Below, piece by piece: positions 62,011 through 64,000 of a stretch of 64,000 bases of DNA. The stretch comes from Felis catus (Eukaryota), in NCBI RefSeq assembly GCF_018350175.1, contig NC_058368.1:121336001-121400000 (forward strand), written 5' to 3'. The notes under the pieces were generated by a model. That model made no database searches and had not been told where the DNA came from. It saw nothing but the letters and a program-made list of their open reading frames with translations. Position numbers and translations under genes: made by a program. Numbering within the stretch: position 1 is the first letter of the stretch; each line of letters opens with the position of its first letter.

Positions 62011-63683
62011 TAAAAACAGTATCATTTCTATCTACTCACAAATAAATGCCTATATCATATATCACTAATAAGCAGAGTCCCAAATGTGCTGTCTGAATTT
62101 CATTTCATTTCTGCAAACACAAGTAGCCCCTTCTACAGAGTGACAAATGAAGCAAGTAGCCTTTTCAGAATTTTCAGTGACTTATTTTTTCCTTATTCTA
62201 AAAGCATGCCATCAAAACCAAGGGTTGGGAATGAATCTAAATGAAAAGTAGTGTATAGTAAAATTTCTGATAATCTATTTACTTTCAACTCTAACCTTTA
62301 CTAAGGTACAGGGGGGGAAAAACTTTCTCCACTTGTCAATGTGCTGTTTTAAAATACGTACGGAAGAGAAAAGAGGATACGAAACACTCCTTTCCCTTAT
62401 GTCATCAAAATGGTACCGTATACAACGTAAGGACATCCTCCTTTATTATAAAAACTAACATTTAGCTCTTTTGAATGAAAACAAACAAACATTTTTTAAA
62501 AAGCTGACCATTCCAAATAATGCCCAAAGATGATGAAACCATATGATATCTAGTCACTGATTACTAAATAAAAATATTAACCTCTCAAAGAATAGCAGTT
62601 TTTAATAAAAGATGCATTTTTAAACATCTGCAACATTACATTCTGTATTTGGCTCTCCTCCTGCCTCCTTGAAAATGCTGGTATGAATATGTAACCCACT
62701 GGGTGCAATTTCATTTCTCTACCTACCAAAATGGCTTTTACTTTTTTAGTTAGCGTAAGTCAAAATCTGCAAGCAATTCTACAGACCACGTTCTATTTCC
62801 ATTACACACAATCAAATGAAGAGGCAGCTCTCCATAAAAATAGGCTCACAAGGAATACAAAAACACTTGCTCTTCTCTTTCCATCAAATTTTACAAATTT
62901 TTAATTAAGTATGGAAATTTCTGAAATAAAAGCTCAATAAAATTCTCAAAAATTAAAGCTAAGAATTTTCCCTTCATGTTACTGCTTTATGCTTTGGCCA
63001 TAATCACTATTTTGTCTCTTCTTTAAGTGTTCCGTCACAGTCTGTGTCTATCAATAACTGTTCCTGAGCAAAACTTCAACAACATATACTTAGTTTCTAT
63101 TTTTCCAGTGTGAAAGAAAAAAGATAGATGAACTTTTTTCTTTAGGGAAACTTAGAACTAAGTGTTAAGTGTTGAGTTTCCTTTAAATTCGACAATCATA
63201 TTTAATAGCTATTTACCGGACGGAGCCAAAAACAACAAGCTCTCCATTTCTACGAGTAATTAGCAAATTGACCATTCTGTTTTAAATTACTCAAGAGCCA
63301 AGCTTCAGATTTTTTTAAAACATAACTAAGTTAAGGCTTCATGAATCCCAGGGTTCAAGCCACAATCAACTCAAAAGGCAAACTCAGTCCTTTGGCTTCA
63401 TAATTTTAACCACATATGAGAAAGTCTCATTATCTTTTAATTACATATGACTAGATCCAATGTGTTTTTGTAAGAAAGCTTCAGAAATGATAAAAAAAAA
63501 AAAGTAACTTTTCCCTCAGGATCCACTTAAGAGCCAGGAAGGCTAACAAAAAACTTTCCGTGCCTAAAGACAATTAGACAAAGTCACCCGTCTTCCTTCT
63601 CCCGGACATTGTCAGCACCCTCCAAACAAAACAGCACAGGCAGCACCCAACAATGTAGGGGGAAAGTCTGCAGAGAGCATCAC

Positions 63684-63794
63684 CTCAAAGTGATTACGGA
63701 GCACTGACAGGGTGATATGTTGCCAAGGAGGATAGCTCTTCGCCACGTAGATGGTGCAATGTGAAGGCTTCTGAGGCGGTTGCTTGTCAGTCTT
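63684..63794 (-). CDS. LARS1: Leucyl-tRNA synthetase 1 (cytoplasmic), internal coding exon, 6th from last
   Basis: 111 nt, phase 0-0, acceptor ccccgtag, donor gtgatg; translates [37 protein letters not shown], matching the recalled mammalian LARS1 C-terminal region. Confidence 0.95.
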
Positions 63795-64000
63795 CTACGG
63801 GGCAAAAGAAAGGGAAGACAACATTTCATCACTTTTGTATAAATCAAAGATGAGAGAACCCTCTCCTGGTACATACCACTACTGCCTCGGACGTTAACAA
63901 GCACACACGTACTACAAAACGGACTTAGCAGTAAAGATATCCTGACACATTTGAACAATAATTGTCTTAAGTTCCATTCATAGCAAATGTTACTGAACTA

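Noticed and set aside
62529..62561. C box (ATGATGA) and D box (CTGA) pair suggesting a snoRNA
   Set aside because: Only about 30 nt apart, antisense to the host LARS1, and no terminal stem

Overview
Mammalian (feliform carnivore, most likely cat) genomic DNA, inferred from about 30 Can-SINEs, many of the felid SINEC_Fc type, and carnivore L1s. Two protein-coding genes lie on the minus strand. The first is the last six coding exons of cytoplasmic leucyl-tRNA synthetase LARS1 (63794 to 45861; the gene continues beyond the window end). The second is a complete four-exon PLAC8L1 CDS (35320 to 16334; 537 nt, 178 aa; all GT-AG with consistent phases). By recalled mammalian synteny (SH3RF2+, PLAC8L1-, LARS1-), the first ~14 kb should be the 3' flank or distal 3' UTR of SH3RF2; no SH3RF2 coding exon was recognised. 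The rest is intron/intergenic DNA rich in Can-SINEs, L1s, MIR, L2, MLT1 LTRs, hAT DNA transposons and microsatellites. Most ORFs in the supplied track are repeat-derived or spurious. I see no convincing novel biological system. The best leads are: a CpG-rich 251-bp solo-LTR-like insert inside an L1; several sites hit repeatedly by retroelements, leaving chains of 3-4 target copies; templated-repair scars; a twin-primed L1 sharing one palindromic site with a SINE; closely spaced inverted SINE pairs; and a speculative SH3-like relic exon downstream of SH3RF2. Repeat boundaries were read by eye and are approximate.
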